Positions 52,570 to 64,000 of a DNA stretch of 64,000 nucleotides are shown one piece after another (the stretch's first letter is position 1; each line of letters opens with the position of its first letter). Source of the stretch: Carcharhinus amblyrhynchos (lineage: Eukaryota); contig OZ336878.1 of assembly GCA_965287045.1 (NCBI GenBank), forward strand, positions 97,030,001-97,094,000. The letters are read 5' to 3'. Under the pieces are notes generated by a model, which had not been told where the DNA came from, did not search any database, and worked only from the letters and a program-made list of their open reading frames with translations. A program made the position numbers and the translations under genes.

Positions 52570-53540
52570 AAACATAACAGAAAAAGTTGATAAGGGAAAT
52601 GCTGTCATTGTGGTGTATGTGCTTTCCAAAAGACATTCGATACACAAAGATTTGCTACACAACAAGCTTTCCAGGAAAATTTCAGCTCATGGAAAGTAGG
52701 CATTTGGATAAGTAAGTAATTGGCTGGTGGCAGGAAAGAGAGTGGTGCTAAATATTGTTTCTCAGAATGGAGGCAGGTTTGTCGTGGAAATTCCAGGGGC
52801 CAGTGCTGGGACTCTTGCTCTTCCTGATTTATGTTAATCACCAAGACAGTGGTGTGCAAGGCGTCATATCAAAATCTGCAGATGACACAAAGAATGGGAG
52901 TGTCAGCTGCGATGAAGATAGCCTTGAACTTCATAAGGACAATCATATTTGTGGATTGGGCAGTAAAGTGCTGGATGAAATTGAATGCAAAGAATTGTGA
53001 GGTGATTCGTTTTGGCAGGAAGAGCATGGAGAGATGGTACAAAGTAAAGAGAGAAACTCTGTGTACATGTACATAAGATACTGAAGGTTGAAAAGGAGAT
53101 TCACCTGACTAATTACTGGGATAAGAGAGCTGTTCTATCAAGAGAGGCTAAATAGTCTGGGTCAGTATTCTTTGAGAGTTTAAAAGAGTGAGGGGTGATC
53201 TTATTCAAACATAAAGGACCCTGAGGTGGTTTGACAGGATCAAAGGTGAGATGTTTTCAATAGGGGAATTTTGAACAAGATAAAGGGCCAGTCATTTAGA
53301 ACTGAGGCGTGTAGAAATTTCTTCTTGCAGAAAATGGTGAATCTCTGGAAATCTCTGCTCTAAAAGGGTGGTGGAGGCTGGATCATTAGAATTATTCAAA
53401 GCAGAGTTGGATAAATATTTGGTTGATCAAGGATTAAAGTGCAATGGGGAAATGGCACAGAAAAGGAGTTGAGGTTGGCTTAGAACAGCCATGATCACAT
53501 TGAATGTTGGGGCAGGCTTAAACGGCCTTGTAGCCTACTC
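52570..53540 (+). mobile_element. Old CR1 LINE remnant (RT to 3' end)
   Basis: QGPVLG..LFLIYVN, SADDTK, NCEVIRFG fragments and a CR1 3' UTR. Confidence 0.8.
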
Positions 53541-54659
53541 CTACTTCTATTTCTTGTGATACCAAGAAGTTACATAAACACTGTACAATACTTCCTCTGT
53601 TGCTTGCTTCCCTAAGAAGTCTGTCTCCCTTTCTTTTTTATGGATTTTCCTTAAAAACCTTTTCTTTGACCAAGCTTTTGGATATTGATCAGAATATCTC
53701 TTTTAGTGCCTTAGTATCAAAATTTAGTTCATGATGTTCCTGTGAAAATCTTTTTAAATTTAATATATTAAAGGGGCTATATAAATAGAAAGTGCTCCAG
53801 TCAACAATATTGTCATTCTTCATCAGCACTGTGTGAAAATTCTGAAACTCACGAGCTAACAGCAAACTGGAAGAATCTTCACCACATGGACTCTGAGCTT
53901 CAAGACAGCAAACCAGCACTTTTTTTAATTGTTCATGGGATGCAGGTGCTGCTGGCCAAATCAGCATTTATTGCCCATCCCTAATTGCCTCTGAGAAGGC
54001 TGTGGTGAACTGCAGTCAGTACACGCACAGTGCTGGAATTGTTACCTAATGACTGTGAAGGAATGCAATCTATTTCCTTGACATTCAGTGGCATTACCAT
54101 TGCTGAATCCTCTAGTCAACATCCTGGGGCTTATCTTTGACCAGGAACTGAACAGCACTAACCCAAGTGCAAACTAATGTGACGGGAGAAGTTAAAAGGC
54201 TAGGAATTTTGTGGCAAGTAACTCACATTCTGACTCACCAAAGGCTGTCTACCATTTACAAGACACAAGTCAGTAGTTAATGGAATACTGTTCATATGCC
54301 TGGTTGAATGCAGCTCCAACAACAGTTATTTGGAGAATAACTTGCATGTTCTCATGCACCTACTACTCTCTTCCACTTAGTTGGCAGAGGGCACAGGATT
54401 GCAAGGTGTTACTGAAGGAGCATTGGTGAGCTGCTACAATTAATCTTGCAGGTGGTATATATGACTGCTACTGCATGTTGATGATGGAAGGAGCGAATGT
54501 TTAAGATAGTGAGAGGAGTGCCGATCCAATGGGCTGTTTATTCCCAGATGGTGTTGGGTTTTGAGCATTATTTGAACTTCACTCACTCAGGCAAATGGAA
54601 AGTATTCCATCTGTTAGACTTTGTTCGCTGAAGGTGGTGAGGGAACCAGCAAGAGGGGA

Positions 54660-57140
54660 AAAAAAACATGCTTAATCTAATCCAATCTTAATGCTTAATC
54701 TTAATCTAATCTGCACCAAGCAGCCTGACACAGATGTATCTGTCTATGACAGCATCATTAGGAATGACCACATCACAGTCCTTCGTGAGATATGGTCCTG
54801 CCTTGAGGATACCCTTCCCTGTTCTGCGGAACTATCACCATGCTAAATGGAATCGATTTCAAATAGATTTAGCAACTCAAGATTGGGAAACCATGAAGCA
54901 GTGTGGGCCATCATCATCAGCAGCAGAATTGTGGTCAAGCACAATGTGCATCTTCATGGCCTGTCATATCCCCAACTCCAACATTAAGATCAAGCCAGAC
55001 GATCATGCCTGGTTCAATAAAGAGTGCAAGAGGGTGCACAAAGAGCAATGCCAGGCATTCATAAAAATGAGGTGTCAACCTGATGAAGTTGTAGCAGAAT
55101 AAAATTTGCAAACCTTACAACACAACCAGCAAGCGACCACACAATGAAAGGAACCGATTTAAGCTCTGTAGACATCCCATACCAAGTTGTCAATAGTGTT
55201 GGAAACATAAACAAGTTGCTGGAGGAGGACCATCCACAAATATTTTCATCCTAATGATGGAAGATCACTGCAAACAATGCAAAAGATAAGACTACATCAA
55301 TTAAAACAATTTTCAACTAGGAGTGCTGAGTGGGAAATCTAACTTGTCCTCCTCAATGTCTCCAGCATCACAGATACCAGTCTTCAGCCAATTAAATTCA
55401 CCTCATGTGATGTCAAGAAACTGTTCAAGGCACTGAATACTATAACGGCTATGGGCTATGATGATATTCCAGCAACAGTTCAGAAAGCATTGGCTACAAA
55501 ATATGATTCACCTCTTCTAAACTCTTCCAGTACAGGTCTAACACTGGCATCTGCTTGGAAACGTGGAAATTTGTCCAATATGTCCTATACACCAAAAGCA
55601 AGACTAATCCAACTTGGCTAAATTATCACTCTATTAGTCTACTCTCAGTCATCAGCAAAGGGATACCAGGGGTCATCAACAGTGATGTCAGGTGGCACAT
55701 GTTTAGCAATAAGCTGAACATGTTCACGTTGAGTTCAGTCAGTATCACTCTGCTCTCAACCTCAGTACAACCTCACTTGAAACATGAACAAAACATCCAA
55801 ATTCTGGAGACGAGATATATTGTGTTGTCTGTGGCTGGAGTGATGCAGAGATCAGTCCGATCCAATTGGTCCACAAGATTTGATAAAAATAGCAGGAGAC
55901 TTTGTCATTAGTATGCATTAGGTAGACTCCCATCCCCAACTGTCAGTAGCCTGTGGAGGCCTTGATGATGTCATAGTGTGATCATGTGACCATTGTCTTA
56001 AAGGTACCATGCCACACAACAAGGTGAGATTGACTGCCCTTGGCATCAAGGCAGCTTTTGACCACATCACCTGTCCCATCAAGGAGCCCTAGCAAAACTG
56101 GAGTCAACAGGAACTGTTTGGATTCATAACTAGCACAAATGATGTTGGCTGTTTATTAGATGTCAGTCAACTCAGTTCCAGTACAAGGAGTTCCTCATGG
56201 TAGCGTCCAAAGTGCACGTTCAGGTGCTTCATCAGTGTCCTGCCATAACATCAGAAGTGGGGATGTTCACTGATGATTTCACAATGTTCAGCACATTCAC
56301 AACTCCTCAGATGCTGAAGTAGTCCTTGTCCAAGTTCAGCAAGATCTGAACAACATCCAGGCTTGCACTGACAAGTGGGAAGTAGCATCCATACAACACA
56401 AGTGTCAGGTAAAGACAATTTCCAAAAAGAGAGAATTTAAGCATCAGCCCTTAACATTCAAAGGTATTTCTATGTTATCAACATCCTTGGGGAGTGCTGG
56501 GAGAGTTACTATTGAGCAGAACTGGAACAACCAGATAAGTACTGTGGTAGCAAGAGCAACTCAAAGGCTAGGAACCTTGCAGCAAGTAACTAACCTCCTG
56601 ATTCCCTATGGCTTGTCCACTATCTACAAGTACAAGTCAGGCCTCTGATGGAATACACTCCACTTGTCTGGACAAGTGCATCTTCAATACTCGATGAGCT
56701 TGACACCATCCATGACAAAGCAGACCGCTTGATTGACACCTTATCCAGATACATTAATTCCCTCTACCACTGATGCACAATGGCAGCTGTGTGAACCATT
56801 CACAAAATAGTGCAGGAACTCACCAAGGATGGTTAAACAGTATTTTTAAACCCATGATCATCTGAAAGGTTAAATACAGCTGACACATCAGGGCTCGACC
56901 TCAAAGTTCCTTTTAAGCCTCTCACTATCCGGACTTGGAAATATATCACCGTTGTTTCACTGTTGCTGAGTCAAAATGCTGCAATTGCCTCTTTAGCATC
57001 ACTTTGGATGTACCTATAACCACATAAAACTTAGTGACTCAAGAAGGCAGCTCACGTCCACCTCCTCAAGGTCAATTAGGGATGAGCAATAAATTACCAT
57101 CTCTCCAGTGATGCCCACATCCTATGAATAAATAAAAACT
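54660..57140 (+). mobile_element. Old L2/CR1-group LINE remnant
   Basis: Degenerate ORF2 (DLATQDWE, PDDHAWFNKEC, NYHSISLLSVISK) and a GATGCCCACATCCTATGAATAAATAAAAA 3' end. Clade assignment is tentative. Confidence 0.65.
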
Positions 57141-57589
57141 CCTGACCTTGGGGACGGTGAACAAGTAGTGGGGAGTAATCTTGTTACAGAAGGTCTGGCT
57201 TCTGATCTACTTTTTCAGCAGGGTATTTAATGGGAATCTTTTTATGGTCAATTGGGCATTGGCAAAATATTCTGTACTTGCTAGTGATGCTTACAGCCCA
57301 AAAATGAAACAATAAAAAGAAACTCAATACACAAAGTAAACTTAAAGACTCCAAAGAAACCCTGGTTCCGAGGCATTACTAGTGTACGCTGCACGGTCAG
57401 TGCATGTTTCACAGACAAATGACCTCTAGAATCTAACTTCCTTTATTTGTTTGTTTATGGGATGTGAGAATTGTTGGCTTTCACAACATTTATTGCGATG
57501 TGGTTGGCTCTTAACTACCCTCTCAGATGGCTGAGCAAGCCACTCAGTTGTGTCAATCACTGCAAAGTCTCAAACAAGGAAATGAAACT

Positions 57590-58975
57590 GGCTCTGTTGA
57601 CCCTGCAAAGTCTTCCTTACTAACATCTGGGGGCTAGTGCCAAAATTGGGAGAGCTGTCTCACAGGCGAGTCAAGCAACAGCCTGACATAATCATTCTCA
57701 TACCTTACAGATAACACCCTAGTCTCCACCAGTACCGTCTTTGTGAAACGTCCTGTTCCACCAGCAGGACAGACCCAACAGAGGTGGCGGCACAGTGGTA
57801 TACAGTCAGAAGGTAGTTGCCCTGGGAGTCCTTAACATTGACTCTGGACCCCAGTCTCAGGGTTTCAAGTTAAACGTGGGCAAGGAAACCTCTTACTAAT
57901 TACCACTTACTATCCTCCTTTGGTGCATAAATCAGCATTCCGTGTTGAACAACACTTGGAGGAAGCACTGAGGGTGGCAAGGGTGCAAAATGTATTTGGG
58001 GTGTCGGATTTCAATATCCAGCACCAAGAGTAGCGTGCAGCAGCACTATTGATCAGGCCTTCGAGGATATAATGGGAATCTTCTTACGGCAGTGAAGCAA
58101 CTAACAAGAGCGAAAAACATATTTTACTTCATCCTTAACAATCTGCTGGCTGCAGACGCATCTGTTCATGACAGTATCAATAAGAGTGACCACCATTCAG
58201 TCCTGTGGAGACGAAATCCCGGCTTCACATTGAGAATAAACTCCATTATGTTGTATGGCACTATCAATGTGCTAAGTGGGGCAGATTTAGAACCGATCTG
58301 GCAACTCAAGACTGGGCATCCATGAGGCGCTAAAGGCAGCACTGTACTCCTGTACAATCTGCAACATCATGGCCTGGCATATCCCTCACTCAACCATGAC
58401 CATCAAGCCAGGGAATTCAATGAGAATACAGGAGGCATGACAGGAGCAGCACCAGACATATCTAAAAATGAGGTGTCAACCTGGTGACACTACTAAACAG
58501 GACATCTTGCATGCCAAATGGCAAAAAACGGCAAGTGATAGACAGAGCTGAGAAATCCCACAACCAACCGATCAGATCCAAATCTGCAATCCTCCCACAT
58601 CCAGGCGTGACTGGTGGTGGACAGTTAAACAATTCACTGGAGGAGAAGGCTTCACCAATATCCCAATCCTCAATTATGGAGGAGCCAAGCACATAAAATG
58701 AAAAGATAAGGCTGAAGCATTTGCAGCAATCTTCAGTGAGAAGTGCCGAATGGATGATCCACCTCGGCTTCCTCCAATGGTCTCCAGCATCTCAGATACC
58801 AGTCTTCAGCTAATTCGATTCAGCTCACGTGATATCAAGACAAGTTTGGAGGCACTGGATACTGCAAAGGCAATGGACCCTGATAATATTCTGGCAATAG
58901 TACTGAAGACTTGTGCTCCAGAACTTGCTGCTCCCCTAGCCAAGCCTTCCAGCACAGCGACAGTACCTGCATGTT
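57590..58975 (+). mobile_element. Second remnant of the same L2/CR1-group LINE family (endonuclease to start of RT)
   Basis: ALDTAKAMDPDNILAIVLKTCAPELAAPLAK; homologous to 54760-55520. Confidence 0.7.
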
Positions 58976-59244
58976 AGCTTTTTGTCATACTTCTATGATA
59001 ACACAAATGTATTGTTGAATGTCAATATTCACAAGTTTCAAGTCTTTTAACAATATCTTGCTTTTCTATTGTTACAACCAAAGCAGAAGCTTTGACTTTT
59101 CCGCATTATACTCCTGCTATCTTATTGCCCAGTCACGTAACTGTCTACATATTTTTGCAGCCTCTGTGTTTTCTTCAGAGGTTGTATTCCACCTAACTCT
59201 AAACTTAAATCGATTACTGCATCTTTGTCTAAGATAATAGGATG

Positions 59245-59640
59245 TCAGCATTGATCATTGTGGCATTCAATAGTCACAGAATGCAGATTTGAAAATATTA
59301 AACTGATCCCTATTTTCTGCAATCTACACGTTAACCAATCTTCTGTACCTGCCAATATATCGCACTCAACTTCATGAATTCTTATCTTTCCTGATAGTTT
59401 TTTGTGTAGTGCCAAATAAAATGCTTTCTGTAAATCCCAGTATACAACATCTACTTGTTTTCCTTTGTCTAGCCTAACTATACCTTCAAGAAATTCAATC
59501 AAACCTGTCAAGTACAATTTCCCTTCCCAAAAACCATGTTGATTTGCTCTAATCATACTATATTTTCGACGTGCACTTTTTAATGTTCGATTCCAGCATT
59601 TTCGTGATGACTGATGTTAGGCTAACTCATCTGTAGTTTC
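59245..59640 (-). mobile_element. Old CR1 RT fragment
   Basis: NQHGF.EGK..LT.LIEF...VDVVY.DLQKAF. Confidence 0.75.
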
Positions 59641-59999
59641 GTGATTTCTCACCACCCCCTTCCTTTCCAGCAATGTTACATTTATTAACTGCTGTGGTCC
59701 TTTCAAAATCTCAGGAAATTTAGGCAGTCAAATAGCCAGTGTCCCTGCAGCTATGTAGAACCACACGATGCAGGCCATCAGAGCAAGGGATTTGTTGGAT
59801 TTATTCCCTCGAGTTTCTTCACTACATATTCTCTGTCTATATTAATTATCTTAATCTCCTCACTCTTATTATCCCCTGACTAACCTTTTTCCTTGTAACT
59901 TTTGACTTCACCTGTGTCCAATATATGACCAATGCCAATTTATTTATTCTGCATGATAATTTTTCCTAACTCTGACTTTCAGAACAGACATTACATTAG

Positions 60000-60640
60000 A
60001 TGCTGGCCTTCATAGCGAGGGGGATTGAATATAAGAGTAGGGAGGTCTTGCTGCAGCTGGAGTACTGTGTGCAGTTTTGGGCGCCACACCTGCGCAAAGA
60101 TATTTTGGCCTTGGAGGGAGTGCAGAGGAGGTTTACTAGGCTGATACCGGAGTTGAGGGGGTTGAGCTATGAGGAGAGGCTGAATAAACAAGGCTTGTAC
60201 TCGTTAGAGTTTAGAAGAATGAGGGGAGATCTCATTGAGACGTATAAGATGATGAATGGGATGGATAGGATAGCGGTGGAGAGACTCTTCCCGCTCAAAA
60301 AAGACAGTAGGACTAGGGGGCACAGCCTCAAGATGGAGGGGGGGGGGGGGGGGCGGCGGTTTAGAATGGAGTTGAGGAGGAACTTCTTCACTCAAAGGGT
60401 GGTGAATCTCTGGAATTCTCTGCCCGTTGAAGTCGTGGAGGCTGCCTCGCTAAATATTTTTAAGACGCGGGTTGATGGGTTTTTGACAAGAGAGGGGATT
60501 AAGGGTTATGGGGAGAGGGCGGGAAAGTGGAACTGAGCCACGACAGATCAGCCGTTATCTTATTGAATGGCGGGGCAGGCTCGAAGGGCTAGATGGCCTA
60601 CTCCGGCTCCTATTTCTTATGTTTCTTATGTTCTTATGTT
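60000..60640 (+). mobile_element. 3' fragment of the young CR1 subfamily
   Basis: 178-aa ORF matching the C-terminus of the 19315 ORF; TTCTTATG tail. Confidence 0.95.
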
Positions 60641-62055
60641 CTATTATCTTCTTTTTCATATGCTGGTAATATCTCTCAAATTTATTTCTACATTCTTGGC
60701 TAGTTTACTCATATATACTTTTTTTTCCTTTTTGGTGGCCATTTGTTTGTTTCTCAAACTTCACTCCAAAACTTCAGCTTTTACTGCTTTTTCCAACTAA
60801 GACTCTTTTAATCTCATGCTATACTTGAACACTCTCTTAAGCCATGGATGGATCTCTTCCTGAGAGTTTTTGTTTTGCTGCAGAGTGTATTTTTATTGAA
60901 TACTGTTGAGATGTTTATCACAAACTTTAATTAAATGCTACAGCTTTAAGTCCATTTCCCAACTGTCAATAGTCAGCTCACCCTTATACCAATGGAATTG
61001 TCTCATTTCAATTTATGATTCCCGTTTGTAATTGGAGTCTGTCATTTCAAACTGAATGTGGACTTTAATCGTATGATGATCACTATTGGTCTCAGGGTCT
61101 TTTCCTTTTAATAATCCTAATAAACCTTCTTTCACTGCTTGATGCTCTACCCAAAGTAGCTTTACCATAGTTGATTGCACAACATATGTCACAGGAAACA
61201 GTCAAGAAAGCATTCTATAAAAATTAATCTTCCTGATCACCTTTGCCAACTTGACTGGTGCAGTCAATATGAAGATAGGATTTTGCACAATGAATACAAT
61301 GCTTTTGTTACAATTCCATTGATTCTTGTTTAATGTTCTGTCAAATGGTAAACTCCAGGAAGGAGAAAATAAAATACACCCGCCAGAATTTTCTGGGTCC
61401 TTGCCACTCCTAAACTGGACTGATTTTAATTCCTGAATTTTGGAGTCACCATATTTCTCCCTGATGTCCTTGTAAAACCCTTCATTATCAGAGCTATCCT
61501 TAATCAATTTCTGTTTTGCCTGTATTTTCAATATAGTATATGGTTACATAACCTAGGTCACCGTGTAACCATGTTTCTGTAATGATGATCAGATCCATTT
61601 ATCACTATGTGTGACATTTTATCTCCCTTATTATGGATATTCTGATATTCTGCACATTCAGGCAAACAGAATTTAAATTTGATTTTATGTCAATAATCTA
61701 TGCATGGACCTTACTCTCTGGTGCAACAATACATTAAACCATCTAACGTTTCCTATCACACATGACTTTTTGTATTTAACACATCATTATACTTTCCAAC
61801 TGTTTCAAATTTTACCTGCAAATCATTACGTCTCCCTTCTCCAGAAATCTCCTTTCCCTCTGTTAGTTTAGAGCCATTTTTCCCTTACTCTGATCATGTT
61901 TTAAGGACCACCCTTCCAGTCATATTCTAACTGCCACCACCTGCATTACTTATCCTGCCACTGACTTGTAACTTCTCTGAATTTCTAAATCTCCCCTAAG
62001 GTGAACCTTTAACCCCACTACTTAGTTTAAAGCACCGTCAACATCAATAATTATC

Positions 62056-62400
62056 ATAGAAACCCACAGAAAACCTGCCATGCAGAAGAAGGCCGATCAG
62101 CCCATCAAGTCTGCACCAATAACAATCCCACCTAAGTGCCATCCCGTAAACCCACATATCTACCCCACTAATCCCTCCAACTGGTGTATCCTGGGACACA
62201 AAGGGGCAATTTAACATGGCCAATACACATAACTTGCACACCTTTGGATTGTGGGAGGAAACAGCAGTACCTGGAGGCAACACACACAGACAAGGGGAGA
62301 ACATGCAAACTCCTCAGAGACAGCAACCCAAGCCAGGAATTGAACCCAGGCTCCTGGAGCTGTGAGGCAGCAGTGCTAACCATTGTGCCACCATGCTGCC
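62056..62400 (-). mobile_element. HE1-type V-SINE
   Basis: Reverse strand reads GGCAGCATGGTGGCACAATGGTTAGCACTGCTGCCTCACAGCTCCAGG...GGGTTCAATTCC...GAGTTTGCATGTTCTCCCC. Confidence 0.88.
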
Positions 62401-62599
62401 CAGGTGCCGTTATTCAACTTGCCAGGACCTTGGAACTCACATGGTTCAAATGAAGAGAGTTCCCATGGTGCAGCTACCTCTTTCCCCAGAACTGGTACCT
62501 GTGTGCCCCTACTTCTCCACAAGTAATCTTTGTGGGGAAAGAAAAGCCTTGACCTTGTGATGTACTGGCATGATGTAGGAGCTAGTGCAACCCACTGTG

Positions 62600-64000
62600 G
62601 TTCGTGAACACTTCTGTATTAAGTGTTGGGTGCTTGAGCATTACAGTTGATGAGCTGGAATCCAAGTTCCAGATGCTGCAACACATTGGGGGGCGGGGAT
62701 GGGATTATCTGCATGCCAATTTTCAGGAGGCAGTCACACCCCTTAGATTAACTAGCTTCAATTTGGCCACTGGTCAGGGACAGGAGGGTGTGACTGTGAG
62801 GTACATGGACCGATCCAGGAGGTAGGCTTGTAGGAGCCTCAATCCTGGTCCAACACACCTTGGTCCTTCTGTGAACAAGAGCAGGGTTTCAAGGGATGAT
62901 GAGCAAACAGACCACAGCAGCATGATATAAGGAGCCATTAACATGGGAGAAAGTAATTGGGGATAATGTAGTTAGGGGCCTACACATTGTTCTCTGCAAC
63001 CAGGATCTAGAGTCCTGTAGGTTGTGTTGCCTGCCTGGTACGAGGGTTTGGATATCTCATTTGGGCTACAAAGAAACTTTGAGTGGGAGAGTCAAGATTC
63101 AGTTGTGGTGATCCACGTAAGTCGCAGTGATATAGATTGAACAAGGAAAGAGGTAATTCTGAGAGATATGAGCAGCTAGGAGCCAAATTAAAAATCAGGT
63201 CCAAAAATGTAAACTCAAGATTACTACCTGAGCCATGGGCTTAGGGTCAATAAGATTAAAGAAGTAAACTTTGAGAGAAATGTGCTCGATTTCATGGATA
63301 TTGGCACCAATACTGGGAAGAAGGGTGCTTTGTGATTGGAGAGGTCTTCACCACACTCATGCTGGGACCAGACCAGTGAATAACATACCTAGGGTTGTCA
63401 GTAGGGTTTCAAATTAAGTAGGGGGAAGAGAGAGAGTTCAGTTGTTTGGAAAATTTAAAAATCAAAATTAAAAGGAATGCAGCTCAGTGATGAGGTGAAA
63501 TATCAAAATGCAATCCATCAGAGTCAGCTTGGTTTCCTGAAAGGTAAATCATGTTCAACAGTTTTGTAAAGATATTATGAGTAGAAAATGGTAATCCCAT
63601 AGATGTACTATATCTGAACTTCAGGAAGGCATTTCTTAAGGTGAGAAAGATCACATGGGGTTGGGGGAATTTATTAGCTTGGATAGAAGACTAGCTACCT
63701 GACACAAGGCAGAGACTTGGGTAAAATGGGTCTTTTTCTGCTTGGCAAGATGTAATAGTGAGGTGTTACAAGGTTTTGTCTTGGACTCCAACTATACAAT
63801 CTTGGATACTATAACAACTTGGATAGAGAGATAGAAAACACTATAGCCACATTTACAGATGACACTAAAATAAGTGGGACAGTAAATTGCAAAGAGGAAA
63901 GTAAGAAATTAACAACAGGTTATGGAAAGGTTCGGTGTTGGCCCAAAATGTGGCAGATGGTGATTAATGTAGATAATTGTGATGTTATCCATTTTGGTTG
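62600..64000 (+). mobile_element. Old CR1 remnant (ORF1-like region and RT fragment)
   Basis: GTGTTGCCTGCCTGGT (CCLPG) ORF1 motif, then CAGCTTGGTTTCCTGAAAGGTAAATCATG, TTCAGGAAGGCATTT and TTTACAGATGACACTAAA RT motifs. Confidence 0.7.

Overview
Vertebrate nuclear DNA, most likely a shark or other cartilaginous fish. This is inferred from HE1-type V-SINEs, CR1/HER1-type LINEs with (TTCTTATG)n tails, Penelope-type hammerhead repeats and a shark-style C2H2 zinc-finger gene. Three zones are visible. (1) 1-4108: a decayed clade-A R2 non-LTR retrotransposon (zinc fingers, Myb, RT, CCHC, PD-(D/E)xK endonuclease, ~780-nt 3' UTR). Its 3' junction is not 28S rDNA but a repeated spacer motif (CTCCAGG|TAAGCC) of the neighbouring tRNA array, which resembles the canonical R2 site. 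(2) ~4109-46450: an old, internally rearranged tandem/segmental array with 3 perfect tRNA-His(GUG) genes, about 12 decayed copies and five young CR1 insertions. (3) ~46500-64000: an 8-finger C2H2 ZNF gene on the minus strand amid old LINE and SINE debris. The most notable observations are the apparent R2 retargeting to a tRNA-His array spacer and a hairpin in the R2 3' UTR whose arms resemble 28S rRNA just downstream of the canonical R2 site. All alignments were done by eye and reference sequences (28S, human tRNA-His, avian R2) were recalled from memory, so they need database confirmation.
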